64,000 nt of DNA from Thermodesulfobacteriota bacterium. Its GTDB lineage: Bacteria; Desulfobacterota; Desulfobacteria; Desulfobacterales; SURF-7. Within the stretch, counting starts at the first letter, position 1. Each line of letters starts with the position of its first letter. The notes beneath the pieces were generated by a model. That model did not search any database. It was given only the letters and a program-made list of their open reading frames with translations, and was not told the origin of the DNA. The position numbers and the translations under genes were made by a program. Shown here piece after piece: positions 30,101-40,010 of the stretch. The DNA is taken from assembly GCA_049320885.1 (NCBI GenBank), contig JBMORA010000012.1, positions 32,001-96,000 on the forward strand, read 5' to 3'.

Positions 30101-30752
30101 CTTCCTTGGGAGACTTTCCGGTCTTAGCCTGCTTTTGTTTCCGGATCTCGTCCAATTCCGGGTACAGGCGTTTCAGGCAATCCGGACAGATGCCGTGTGA
30201 AAAATTGGCCTCGGAATGGGAGCGGATGTACGATTCGATGTGGTGCCAGGAGCCTTTTTCGTCCCGGATTTTTTTACAGTTGGCGCAGATCGGCAGAAGG
30301 CCGCTGAGTCGTTTGACCTCAAGCAGGGCTTTCTCCAGTTTGGCGATGAGGATTTCCTTTTCCTTGGCGGCTCGATGCTTGATCAGCGTAATTTCGATGG
30401 TGGATCGCAATTCCGCGGTATTGTATGGCTTGACCACATACCCGAAGGGCCTGGTTTGGATGGCCCGGTCCAGGATATGCTGGTCGCTCAGGCAGGAAAG
30501 AAAGATGATGGGCACGTCCATCCGGCGGTTGATCTGTTCAGCCGCTTCGATTCCGTTCATCTCGCCCTCCAGCAGGATATCCATGAGCACCAGATCCGGA
30601 TGATGTGAGAGCGCGCTGGCGATGGCCTTCGGACCGGTCTTTGCGATGTCGCATACTTTGTGGCCAAAGGATTCCAGGCGGGCTTCCAGAACCGCGGCCA
30701 CATTGGTATCGTCTTCAACCACCAGAATTGTTGTTGCATGAGCCATGTCCAT
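30066..30752 (-). CDS. response regulator (REC domain plus C-terminal CxxC...CxxC domain)
   Basis: ILVVEDD, VLMDI, YVVKPY; tail LLPICANCKKIRD...FSHGICPDC; the upstream ORF extension is probably non-coding. Confidence 0.88.
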   Translation of the reverse strand: MDMAHATTILVVEDDTNVAAVLEARLESFGHKVCDIAKTGPKAIASALSHHPDLVLMDILLEGEMNGIEAAEQINRRMDVPIIFLSCLSDQHILDRAIQTRPFGYVVKPYNTAELRSTIEITLIKHRAAKEKEILIAKLEKALLEVKRLSGLLPICANCKKIRDEKGSWHHIESYIRSHSEANFSHGICPDCLKRLYPELDEIRKQKQAKTGKSPKEVTAPPSEFPAG

Positions 30753-31251
30753 TTCCCCGCAATTGGTTGACCGGTTGCATTTTTGTTCTTCCGGTTGCAT
30801 TTTCGTACTCAACAATTCATTCCCTCCGCTTGTAACGGCACGGTATCGAGAGTCCTCCGGACCGGTCTGCACAATTCTGTAACATTCAAAAATAATTGTA
30901 TTATCAGTATAATCCGCCAGAGGCGCCAGCCGCCGGCAAGGGCGCTGGACGCTTCCTTCCTCCGGTTGTTTCCACCATCCTGTCAGTGAATAAAGCAAAT
31001 CGCTTGCCACTGTATCGGCCATCCTTTTCATGGCCTCGGGCATTGTGCATGCGCCGGTCAATTTTCCATCCGGATCCGTCGACGTCTTCCCCCTATCCGC
31101 CGGATGGGTGGTAAAATATAACAAAAATGTTAAAAATATATATATAGCAAACAAATATGAAATAAAAATTGGATGGATGTAAATGGTCGATGGCTGCATA
31201 ACTAACTATAAAAATAATAAAATAAACTAATAATATCGATAAGTGACACCA

Positions 31252-31267
31252 TGGCACAGTGAGTGCA
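31252..31267 (+). promoter_or_regulatory. sigma54 -24/-12 promoter
   Basis: TGGCACAGTGAGTGCA (GG-N10-GC), downstream of a very AT-rich tract and 57 nt before the porin start. Confidence 0.7.
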
Positions 31268-31323
31268 GAAGCCATGGAAAGATCGGAGAAGTTTGGGTAA
31301 CGGATTATTTCAGGAGGAGATGG

Positions 31324-32064
31324 ATGAAACAGTTTCTTTTGATTCTTGCCGCCGTTGCTGCGGCGATTGGATTCCGTATTGCAAACACCTTCGCCGCCGA
31401 TGCAACCGCGGCGGCGGAGGTAAATTCCGCTTATGTATGGCGCGGACTGACTTTTAATGATGGATTGGTGGTGCAACCATCGGTGGGGGTTGCCCAGGGA
31501 GGATTCGGGGTGAATGTTTGGGGAAACCTGGACGTTGACGACTTTGACGGCGCCCTGGAAACCGGAGAATTTTCCGAAATCGACTTGACCCTTTCTTATG
31601 GCTTCAAGATCAAATCCGTTTCCATCAATCTGGGATACATCGAATATTTGTTTCCGTACCGGGAAACCTCCGCAACAGTGGCCGGCACCCGGGAGCTCTA
31701 CGCCGGTCTCGGGATCGAACCCATCGATGGGTTGACGACGGGGCTGACCGGTTATTGGGATTTCGACGAGGTGCGGGGATATTATCTGAACCTGAATATC
31801 GGCTACAGTCGTGAGCTTGTGGAGAAACTGACCGCCGCTGTGGGCGCATCCGCCGGATATGCGGCGGAAAATTTCGCCATGGCCTACGGCGGTACAGAAA
31901 GCGGTCTTTATGATTACAACTTTTCCCTGGTATGCACCTACGCCGTATTGGAATCCCTTTCCATCAGCGCTAAGATCGCTTACACAAATATGTTCGACAC
32001 GGATGTGCTGCCGGATCAGAAAGTGAATACATACGGCGGTCTTGGTTTATCATACGCATTTTGA
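31324..32064 (+). CDS. TorF-like putative outer-membrane porin
   Basis: Signal peptide, SAYVWRG..VVQPS, EIDLTLSY, GYIEYLFP, C-terminal LSYAF; AGGAG RBS. Confidence 0.8.
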   Translation: MKQFLLILAAVAAAIGFRIANTFAADATAAAEVNSAYVWRGLTFNDGLVVQPSVGVAQGGFGVNVWGNLDVDDFDGALETGEFSEIDLTLSYGFKIKSVSINLGYIEYLFPYRETSATVAGTRELYAGLGIEPIDGLTTGLTGYWDFDEVRGYYLNLNIGYSRELVEKLTAAVGASAGYAAENFAMAYGGTESGLYDYNFSLVCTYAVLESLSISAKIAYTNMFDTDVLPDQKVNTYGGLGLSYAF

Positions 32065-32093
32065 TTCCGTCGATGGATGCGCTCCGATCCGTG

Positions 32094-32128
32094 AAGCCGG
32101 CAACCCGCTGGTTGCCGGCTTTCTTTTT
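32094..32128 (+). terminator. intrinsic terminator between convergent genes
   Basis: AAGCCGGCAACC-CGCT-GGTTGCCGGCTT followed by a T-rich tail. Confidence 0.85.
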
Positions 32129-32167
32129 CGTTCAGGATTCACTACAGGCCGCTTATTCGGGCATCGG

Positions 32168-33916
32168 TTACCGATGCAGCAAGGGGCGTTGCGGAATCAG
32201 GCCGCCGGGGAGCGTCTGGGCTTTCGGCACCGGACGGGCCTTTTTGGCGGCATCCAGGAACCGGGCGGCGGTGTTTTTCTCATAAAAGCAATCCGGTTCC
32301 ATTTGCCAGCCGGCCGCCAGGCGGTTTTCTTCCCTTCGCAGCTTGATATATGCGTAGATTCCAAACAGGGTCGCGGACAAACGGGTTTTCCAGCCGAATT
32401 CCCGACCGATGTCCACAAGCAGCCGATCCATGCGCGCATAAAGTGTTTTGTCGCTGCGGTAGTACCGGCGCATGGCCCATACGGCACCAGCGTAGGTTCC
32501 GCGGAGGGGCTGCACTTCCCGCCGGTAGCGCTCGCGGATTCGATGATCCGGATGATGTTTGTATGCCTGCCACCCGGTGAGGAGGGTACGGATCAGCCGG
32601 CCGAGGCTTGGTCCATTGACGGTGAAATCCCGCTGGAACGCCTCCAGCAGATAGGCCTCTTCCTGTCCATCGCGGATGTGGGCGTGACGATAGCTGAACC
32701 GGTATTGGCCATGGGCGTCCGCCGGAGGAAAAACGCTTTCATCCAACAAGTTGCCCTCTTTCTTATGGTGTTCATACAGCGGAGTCCCGGGATTGGGCGT
32801 ATACAGCATGAACTGATGAAAATCGGTCCCGTGGTCCACGGCGTCCTCGATGACCTGGTGGATGTTGGCGGGGGTATGATCCTCTAGACCGATGATGGAG
32901 GACCCAAGGACCCGGATCCCGTGGGATTGCAGGTCGGCCACCAGGTGGCGGGTGTCGATGTCCCTGAGTTTGCGGTATTGAGTGCTTTTGCCCTCGATGC
33001 CCATCCATACCCATCCGATACCTAATCCCACCAGCTGCTCCATGGTATACGACCGGAGCACCCGGGCGGAGCTGAAGACATTGAGCATCCAGCTTTTCCC
33101 ATGCAGCTCCATGAGTTCCAGCAGGCGGAGAGCCCTTTTGCGGTGGAGCAGGAAATTTTCGTCCAGGACAAAAAAGGATTTTACTCCCAGTTTTTTTTCC
33201 AGGTCGCCCATGACCTGGAAAAGTTCGTCGCCGGTTTCATAAAAATTGATGAATTTCCCTTTCCCGCCGAACAGGGCTGAAGTGGAGCAGAAATTACAAC
33301 CCACCGGACAGCCCACCGAGGGTATCAGAATGGCGGCGATTTCTCCCGGCTTTTCATTCAGGTCGATCCCCAGGATCCGGCTGCCGAAGGCGGAGTAGGC
33401 GATGGGCGGCCGGACCGGCAGATCGGTGCGCTGGCCCGTATACCGCCGGAACCATTTGACCCCGTCGCCTCTGACGATATGATCCGCGCTGATTTCTTCC
33501 GCGAGACCGGCCTTGTTGCTGATATGGCCGCCGATGACGATGACGGCGTCGGGCTGATGCTCGCGAATCAGTGCACACATTTTTTTGACTTTGCCCACAT
33601 TGGGGATGATGGCGCTGATGCCGATGACATCGTAGGAATGTTGTTTGAGTTCCTCCACAAAACGATCGAGGCTGGGAAAATCCAGCAGGGTGCAGGGGGC
33701 GTCCAGATTGGACTGAATCAGCAGCAATCCGAAGGAACGGTGAAACATGCGCAGGGAAAAAGCGCCCTGAACGCGGGTGACCTGATTCTGATACAGTTCC
33801 ATGGGATTGATGGCGCGGCTGCCGTAGGCGTCATCCCGGGCGAACGGCCCGAAGACGCTGGACAAGAGGATTCTGGCTTTTGCTCCCTTGGGATGGATGG
33901 GGTCGGTCTTGTTCAT
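32168..33916 (-). CDS. B12-binding radical SAM protein
   Basis: VIGISA..VIGGH..GDG cobalamin-binding domain; SVGCPVGCNFC; AGGAG RBS before ATG 33916. Confidence 0.9.
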   Translation of the reverse strand: MNKTDPIHPKGAKARILLSSVFGPFARDDAYGSRAINPMELYQNQVTRVQGAFSLRMFHRSFGLLLIQSNLDAPCTLLDFPSLDRFVEELKQHSYDVIGISAIIPNVGKVKKMCALIREHQPDAVIVIGGHISNKAGLAEEISADHIVRGDGVKWFRRYTGQRTDLPVRPPIAYSAFGSRILGIDLNEKPGEIAAILIPSVGCPVGCNFCSTSALFGGKGKFINFYETGDELFQVMGDLEKKLGVKSFFVLDENFLLHRKRALRLLELMELHGKSWMLNVFSSARVLRSYTMEQLVGLGIGWVWMGIEGKSTQYRKLRDIDTRHLVADLQSHGIRVLGSSIIGLEDHTPANIHQVIEDAVDHGTDFHQFMLYTPNPGTPLYEHHKKEGNLLDESVFPPADAHGQYRFSYRHAHIRDGQEEAYLLEAFQRDFTVNGPSLGRLIRTLLTGWQAYKHHPDHRIRERYRREVQPLRGTYAGAVWAMRRYYRSDKTLYARMDRLLVDIGREFGWKTRLSATLFGIYAYIKLRREENRLAAGWQMEPDCFYEKNTAARFLDAAKKARPVPKAQTLPGGLIPQRPLLHR

Positions 33917-34024
33917 TTTTTCTCCTGAATATGCATTATTTTTTACTATCGCCTGTACACTGTGAAAACTCATTGAGGCGTATAGTAAAGAAAACGGGGC
34001 ACAAACAACAGAGCCAATTGATTG

Positions 34025-34042
34025 TTTTACAAAAGTTTTACA
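34025..34042 (-). promoter_or_regulatory. direct-repeat regulator box TGTAAAA-N4-TGTAAAA (copy 1)
   Basis: Plus strand TTTTACAAAAGTTTTACA; 17/18 identical to 48439-48456. Confidence 0.65.
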
Positions 34043-34169
34043 GAATGACCGCGCCGGGCGTTTCCGGTCCGCGCCCCGGGACGGACCTTCGGGCTCTTTA
34101 CAATCCCTTGCCATGTTTGCTACAAGAAGATCCGGGATCGAATGACCTTTCGGATAACGGTATGCCACC

Positions 34170-35051
34170 ATGTTGATAATCGACTCACGCCATGCGGGGA
34201 CCAATCTGCGCTTCCACACCTGCGACATCGACTGGCGCAAAACCATGAACTACGCCGCCGCGGTCCAGGATGACAATCCCCGTTATTTCGATGACGAAAG
34301 GCCGGGCGGCGTTATGGCTCCGCCCATGTTCTGCGTGGCCGTCACCTGGCCGATCCTCGGGAATATCACCGATTTCATCGAATCGGCGGAATTTCCCAAG
34401 GAACTGCTCCTGACCCAGGTCCATTATACCGAGCACCTGCGGTTTTACCGGTTGTTGAGGCCCGGAGACCGCGTGACCATCCGTGGGCGCATCGCCGCCA
34501 TTCTGCCCCATCGCGCCGGGACGCATATCGTCATCCGGCTGGATGCTTTCGATGCGTCCGGCGCCGCGGTTTTCACCGAACACACCGGAGCCCTGCTCCG
34601 GGGGGTCACCTGCGGGGATGAGGGCGAAGGGAGAGACCTCCTTCCCGTGACGCCCCGGAAGGAGGTTCCCGAAAAACCGGTCTGGGAAGCGGCGGTCGAT
34701 ATCGATCCGTTCAGGCCTTTTGTGTATGACGGCTGCTCCGATATCGTTTTCCCCATTCATACCTCCCGGAATTTCGCCCGGCGGGTGGGATTGCCCGGTA
34801 TCCTCCTGCAAGGAACCGCCACCATGGCCTATGCGGCCCGTGAAATCGTCGATCGGGAAGCAGCCGGAGATCCGGAGCGGCTGCGGATTCTTGCCGGGAA
34901 ATTCACCGGCATGGTTTCTCCGGGAACCCGAATCCGCATTCAGGTTCTGGAAAGGCGGAGCACGGCAGTGGAAATGGAAGTTTTTTTTCAGGTAATGGGC
35001 GCCGACAACCGGCCGGCGATCAGCCGGGGGTATGCGTTGGTATCGTCGTGA
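34170..35051 (+). CDS. double hot-dog fold MaoC-family dehydratase
   Basis: YAAAVQDDNPRYFD, APPMF, D.VFPIH...FARRVGLPGILLQG pattern. Confidence 0.8.
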   Translation: MLIIDSRHAGTNLRFHTCDIDWRKTMNYAAAVQDDNPRYFDDERPGGVMAPPMFCVAVTWPILGNITDFIESAEFPKELLLTQVHYTEHLRFYRLLRPGDRVTIRGRIAAILPHRAGTHIVIRLDAFDASGAAVFTEHTGALLRGVTCGDEGEGRDLLPVTPRKEVPEKPVWEAAVDIDPFRPFVYDGCSDIVFPIHTSRNFARRVGLPGILLQGTATMAYAAREIVDREAAGDPERLRILAGKFTGMVSPGTRIRIQVLERRSTAVEMEVFFQVMGADNRPAISRGYALVSS

Positions 35052-35123
35052 CCGGGGACGGACCGGATGGCGTCATTGTCGGCATTATGATTATCACATT
35101 GAACGGAAAGGAGAGGAAAACCC

Positions 35124-35843
35124 ATGCAATACAACCAGCATCACGAAGATTTTCCCGCCTTGACCCGACGGGGGTTTCTGGCGGTGTCGGCGAGCGCCGC
35201 CGCCATGATGGCCCTGGGGACGTTATCCTGCAAGGCCAATGCTTCCTCGCCGCAGGAATTGGCCTCCCTGCCGTACAAGCAGGATGCCCTTTCGCCCGTC
35301 ATTTCCACTGAAACCATTGGCTTCCATTACGGCAAGCACCACAAGGGTTATGTGGACAACCTCAACAAACTCATCGCCGGCACGGAATATGAAAACCTGC
35401 CGCTGGAAAAAGTCATTGCCGGCACCCACGGCCGGGAGGACCGGACGGCCATCTTCAACAACGCGGCCCAGGCATGGAATCATGCGTTTTACTGGCAAAG
35501 CCTCCATCCCCGGGGCGGGGGGGAGCCGCCGCCTGCGTTGAAACAGAAAATAACGTCGGATTTCGGCAGCATGGACGCCTGCCGGAAGGAGCTGGCCGAG
35601 GCTGCCGTGACCCAGTTCGGCAGCGGCTGGGCCTGGCTGGCGGTGGACTCCGGGAAGCTCAAGGTCATGAAGACCGCCAATGCCGACAATCCGCTGACCC
35701 GGGGCTGGAAACCCCTGTTGACCATCGATGTATGGGAACACGCCTACTATCTGGACTACCAGAACCGGCGTGCGGATTATGTCGCCGCCGTTATCGACAA
35801 GCTGATCAATTGGAATTTCGCGGCGGAAAACCTGGCCCGCTGA
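35124..35843 (+). CDS. sodB: Fe superoxide dismutase with Tat signal (periplasmic)
   Basis: TRRGFL Tat motif; [20 protein letters not shown] (Fe-type), DVWEHAYY. Confidence 0.93.
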   Translation: MQYNQHHEDFPALTRRGFLAVSASAAAMMALGTLSCKANASSPQELASLPYKQDALSPVISTETIGFHYGKHHKGYVDNLNKLIAGTEYENLPLEKVIAGTHGREDRTAIFNNAAQAWNHAFYWQSLHPRGGGEPPPALKQKITSDFGSMDACRKELAEAAVTQFGSGWAWLAVDSGKLKVMKTANADNPLTRGWKPLLTIDVWEHAYYLDYQNRRADYVAAVIDKLINWNFAAENLAR

Positions 35844-35905
35844 GCCCCGATCCGGTACTCGCCGGCCGGAACGCCGGCGCGTGCCGGAAGCAAAAAGAAT
35901 GGTGG

Positions 35906-36514
35906 ATGGTGACCGATAATTACGCAAAAATCACCCGGGAGAATCTTATCCGGTTATATGCGTCCCTGCCCGGTGATTTGGCGGAAAACCTGCCGGCCCG
36001 CAGGGAAGGGGACCGGTTTGTCTTCAACGCCTTCGGACACCCCTGCGCGATCTCGCCGGAAGGCGTCCATTTCGGCGGCGGGGACTTCCCGTCGGTCCTG
36101 GGAATCCTGGTATCCTTGTACGCCTTGAACGCCAGGCCCGACGGCTGTTTGGAACTCCCGTTCCGGGCGTTCAAGGAAATTCCGGACAGCCGGCCCTACG
36201 TGGGCGCCTTCAGCACCCATACGGAACAAGTCCTGGTTCCCCATGTGGCGGCCATCCGGAAAAACAGCGACCGCATCCGGGACGCCCTGAACGGCAGGGA
36301 GGCCGGTCCGGAGGTCGGCGGCGATTTCGCCTTGATCGTTTATCCGCTCCCGAAGATCGCGCTTTGTTATATCTTTTATATGGCGGACGAGGATTTTCCG
36401 GCCGGGGTGACCTGTCTGTATTCCGGCAATGCGCGTCTGTTCCTGCCCGTGGACGCGCTGGCGGATGTGGGGGAGTATACCTCCAAAAGAATGGTGGAAG
36501 TCATTCACTCGTGA
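35906..36514 (+). CDS. DUF3786-like protein
   Basis: FKEIPDSRPYVGAF, PLPKIAL..IFY.ADEDFPA...L...NA..FLP.D pattern. Confidence 0.75.
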   Translation: MVTDNYAKITRENLIRLYASLPGDLAENLPARREGDRFVFNAFGHPCAISPEGVHFGGGDFPSVLGILVSLYALNARPDGCLELPFRAFKEIPDSRPYVGAFSTHTEQVLVPHVAAIRKNSDRIRDALNGREAGPEVGGDFALIVYPLPKIALCYIFYMADEDFPAGVTCLYSGNARLFLPVDALADVGEYTSKRMVEVIHS

Positions 36515-37716
36515 CGGAGCGCTTCGATGGGATCCAGTCGGGCCGCCTGGCGGGCCGGGAAATATCCGAAGACAACCCCCACGGCCGCGGAGAACAGAAA
36601 CGCGATCATGACAACGCCGGTATTCAGCACGAACGGGACATGCAGGGCCTTTGACCCCGCCGCCGCGGCGGCCAGTCCCAGCAGGATTCCCACAAGGCCG
36701 CCGAAACAGGACAGCACCACGGCTTCCACCAAAAATTGCAGGAGCACATCCTTTTCCAGGGCGCCGATGGCCAGCCGGATGCCGATTTCCCGGGTGCGCT
36801 CGGTCACCGACACCAGCATGATGTTCATGATGCCGATGCCCCCCACCAGCAGGCTGACGGCCGCCACCGCGCCTAGCAGGGTGGTCAAGATGCGGGTGGT
36901 GCCGGTCAGGGTGTTCAGGATCTCTTTCATGTCCCGGACGGTAAAGTCATCTTCCTTGCCCTTGATGATGCCGCGGCGTTCCCGCATCAACCGGATGATG
37001 TCCCGTTGCACTTTTTCCGTGGGGTAGCCGTCGACGGCCGAAATCAGGATGGCATTGACATCGGCGTTACCGGCCATGCGGCGGTGAAACATGCGGATGG
37101 GCACAAGAACCAGATCGTCCTGATCCATGCCGAAACTGTTTTCACCCTTGGATTCCAGTTCGCCGATCACCTGACAGGTGATGTTTTTCAAGCGAATGGC
37201 GGAGCCCACCGGATCCTGGGTGCCGAACAGCTTGTTGCGCACCGTGGTCCCGATGAGACAAACGCTTTTACCGGAGCGCAGTTCGCCGTTGGTGAACTGG
37301 CGGCCGGCGGACAACCGCCAGGCCCGGGTGAGCAGATAGTCGTTGGTGGTGCCGGTTACGCTGGTGGACCAGTTCTGACTGCCGTAAATGACTTGGGTCT
37401 GTTGGGCCGACGAAGGGGCCACGGCGGCGACTCCGACGATTTCACCGGCGATGGCCTTTGCGTCCTCCACCACGAATTCCGGGGCTGTGGAACGGACCCC
37501 TCCGGGTCCGTGAAAACCCTGTCCCGGCCTGACCTGCAGGAGGTTGCTGCCCAGCTTGGAAATCTCCGATGCCACCTGGACCGTGGCGCCGTTGCCGAGC
37601 GTCACCAGGGTGATGACGGCCGCCACGCCGATGACGATACCTAGAATGGTGAGGCATGAGCGCAGGACGTTGCGTTTAAGGGCTCGCTGGGCCAGCAGGA
37701 TCGTTTCCCAAAGCAT
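36505..37716 (-). CDS. MacB-like ABC exporter permease
   Basis: LVGGIGIMNIMLVSVTERTREIGIRLAIGA; AARLDPIEALRHE. Confidence 0.95.
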   Translation of the reverse strand: MLWETILLAQRALKRNVLRSCLTILGIVIGVAAVITLVTLGNGATVQVASEISKLGSNLLQVRPGQGFHGPGGVRSTAPEFVVEDAKAIAGEIVGVAAVAPSSAQQTQVIYGSQNWSTSVTGTTNDYLLTRAWRLSAGRQFTNGELRSGKSVCLIGTTVRNKLFGTQDPVGSAIRLKNITCQVIGELESKGENSFGMDQDDLVLVPIRMFHRRMAGNADVNAILISAVDGYPTEKVQRDIIRLMRERRGIIKGKEDDFTVRDMKEILNTLTGTTRILTTLLGAVAAVSLLVGGIGIMNIMLVSVTERTREIGIRLAIGALEKDVLLQFLVEAVVLSCFGGLVGILLGLAAAAAGSKALHVPFVLNTGVVMIAFLFSAAVGVVFGYFPARQAARLDPIEALRHE

Positions 37717-38442
37717 TCAGTTCCCCCTGTCATCCCGTTTGCAGCCGTCGATGAGGCCGTCCTTGAACAGGATTCGCCGTCCGGCGTAGACAGCCATGTC
37801 CGGCTCATGGGTGACCATGACAACGGTCATGTTTCGTTCCCGGTTTAACCGGGTCAGCAGATCCATGACTTCCCGGCTGCGTTCGGAGTCCAGATTGCCG
37901 GTGGGCTCGTCCGCGAGAATCACTTTCGGTTCGGTGACAATGGCCCGGGCGATGGCCACGCGTTGCTGCTGGCCGCCGGAAAGTTCTCCGGGCGTATGGC
38001 TCTCCCAGCCGGTAAGGCCGACGGAGGCCAGGGCCTGCAAGGCTTTTCTATGTCGCTCCGCCCGGGGGGTTTTCCGGTAGATCAGGGGCAGTTCCACGTT
38101 TTCCAGCGCGGAGGTGCGATTCAGCAGGTTGAAACCCTGGAAGACAAAACCGATGTAATGGCGTCGCAGTATGGCCCGCTGGTCCCGGGTCAGGCCGCCG
38201 ACATCAACGCCATCCAGGAAAAAATTCCCGCCGGTGGGCGTATCCAGACAACCGAGGATGTTCATGCAGGTGGATTTCCCGGAACCGCTGGGGCCCATCA
38301 CTGCGACAAACTCGCCCTGGCGGATGCTGAAATCGATTCCCCTTAGGGCATGCATGGCGGCGGAGCCCCTGCCGTATATCTTGGTTACGCCGCGCATGTG
38401 GATGATGGGCGGCGGCTCTGATTTCAGCGGATTCGGCGTCAT
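37717..38442 (-). CDS. MacB/LolD-like ABC ATP-binding protein
   Basis: [33 protein letters not shown]. Confidence 0.95.
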   Translation of the reverse strand: MTPNPLKSEPPPIIHMRGVTKIYGRGSAAMHALRGIDFSIRQGEFVAVMGPSGSGKSTCMNILGCLDTPTGGNFFLDGVDVGGLTRDQRAILRRHYIGFVFQGFNLLNRTSALENVELPLIYRKTPRAERHRKALQALASVGLTGWESHTPGELSGGQQQRVAIARAIVTEPKVILADEPTGNLDSERSREVMDLLTRLNRERNMTVVMVTHEPDMAVYAGRRILFKDGLIDGCKRDDRGN

Positions 38443-39728
38443 GATTTCCGGGCTGTCGTGTCGACTACCAGCTGTGTGCCGACCTGTAGTTCTCCGTCCA
38501 ACACTTCCGTCCGGGTTCCGTCCGTCACCCCGACCTTGACCGGAATCGCCTGAAGGCGCCCGTCCCGCAAGGCCCAGACATGCTGTTGCTGTTTGTCCGC
38601 TGTCTTTTCATCCGGTTGTTTGACCTGATTGCCTCCCGGGCGACGGAAAATGGCGCCGACCAGACCTTTGCCGCTGCTTCCGGTTTCTTTCTGTTTTTCC
38701 GGCGGAATGAAACGCAGTGCGGCGTTGGACACCAGCAGGGCGTCTTCGAGCTTTCGAACGATGATGTCCGCGGTGGCGGTCATTCCCGGACGGAGGGAGA
38801 GGTCCGAATTGTCCACGTTCAGCAGGGTCTCATAGGTGACCACCCCGTTCAGGTTTTTGGAGCCGAAACGGACCTGGGTGATGGTGGCGGGAAAGGACCG
38901 GTGGGGATAGGCGTCCACCGTGAAAGTCGCCTCCTGCCCCTCTTTCACCTGGGATACATCCGCCTCATCCACGTCCACATGCAGAACCATCTGGGTCAGA
39001 TCCTCGGCCAGGGTGAAGAGGATGGGCGCTTGGAGCGACGCGGCCACCGTCTGACCCGGTTCCACGGTCCGGGTGAGAACGATGCCGTTGACGGGGGATC
39101 GGATGGCGGCCTTGTAAAGGTCCGTTTCATATGCTTCCAGTGTTGCCTGGGCCTGGTGGACGGCCGCGTCGGCGCCGGCTTTCTCCGCCAGGGAGCGGTC
39201 CAGGGAAGCCTGGGCCGCCTCCAGGTCGTTGATGGAAACGGCCCGGTTGTTGCTGAGGATGCGCGCTTCCCGGAGCCGCGACAGGGCGCTTCTGGTCTCC
39301 CGGATGGTGGCCTCGGCCTGCAGCACCATGGCCTGGGCCGATTCCAGCGCCGCGCCGGCCTGCAGAACCTGGGCCTGGAGTTTGGAGGTGTCCAGGGTGG
39401 CCAGCACCTGCCCGATTTTTACCTGATCATTATAGTCGACTTCGACGGTTTTGATGATTCCGGACAGTTCGCTGCCCACCGTCACCTGGTTGGTTGGCTG
39501 GAGATTGCCGGTGGCGGTCACCGTGATGGTCAGATTGCCGCGTTCCACGGGCTGGGTGCGATAGTTCCACTCTTCCCGCTTTTCACTGCCGATCCATTTC
39601 AACAGCATAGCGGCGACAGCCAGAATCATGAGACTGGAGACAATCCAGCGCACCCGACGGCCTTTTTTTCCGGTAATGGAATGGGAGGCCAGGATGGTCG
39701 CGATTTCGGGATGGGATTCCGTGTTCAT
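38439..39728 (-). CDS. MacA-like periplasmic adaptor subunit
   Basis: ATGNLQP..V.VGSELSG, IRSPVNGIV, VDEADV, LRPGMTA. Confidence 0.93.
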   Translation of the reverse strand: MNTESHPEIATILASHSITGKKGRRVRWIVSSLMILAVAAMLLKWIGSEKREEWNYRTQPVERGNLTITVTATGNLQPTNQVTVGSELSGIIKTVEVDYNDQVKIGQVLATLDTSKLQAQVLQAGAALESAQAMVLQAEATIRETRSALSRLREARILSNNRAVSINDLEAAQASLDRSLAEKAGADAAVHQAQATLEAYETDLYKAAIRSPVNGIVLTRTVEPGQTVAASLQAPILFTLAEDLTQMVLHVDVDEADVSQVKEGQEATFTVDAYPHRSFPATITQVRFGSKNLNGVVTYETLLNVDNSDLSLRPGMTATADIIVRKLEDALLVSNAALRFIPPEKQKETGSSGKGLVGAIFRRPGGNQVKQPDEKTADKQQQHVWALRDGRLQAIPVKVGVTDGTRTEVLDGELQVGTQLVVDTTARKS

Positions 39729-40010
39729 GATATTTCACTCGCGGATCAGCCGGGGTTGAATAGAAAAGGATTCCGAATTCATACGGCGACCATATGGCAA
39801 ACTCGCCGGGGTGTCAAGTCGGCGTCCGGTCTCCCTTGTTCCCTCGAAGGAAACCGGTTCCCGCTCTGGCCGGGATGACAAGCGGACGGATATTAAAATG
39901 CGAACGCTCGTTATATTTTGATTGACAAACAACGGCGTTGTGGGCTAATCGAACAGCAGCAGTTCCGCTGTACGTATGCCAATAACCATATGGGGAAGGA
40001 GCAGGTAGGC

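Noticed and set aside
30753..31199. Long N-terminal extension of the response regulator in the ORF track
   Set aside because: It runs through AT-rich promoter DNA with no domain-like sequence, and an RBS sits right before the REC domain
33917..34246. 110-aa N-terminal extension of the radical SAM ORF
   Set aside because: It overlaps the divergent MaoC gene and regulatory motifs; a clear AGGAG precedes ATG 33916
35474..35905. Upstream extension of the DUF3786-like ORF overlapping the SOD gene
   Set aside because: Alternate-frame read-through of SOD coding sequence with no protein-like features
39964..39979. Possible minus-strand sigma54 site (TGGCATACGTACAGCG) for the macA-like operon
   Set aside because: The -12 element is poor, it lies ~235 nt from the start, and it falls within the SDR leader
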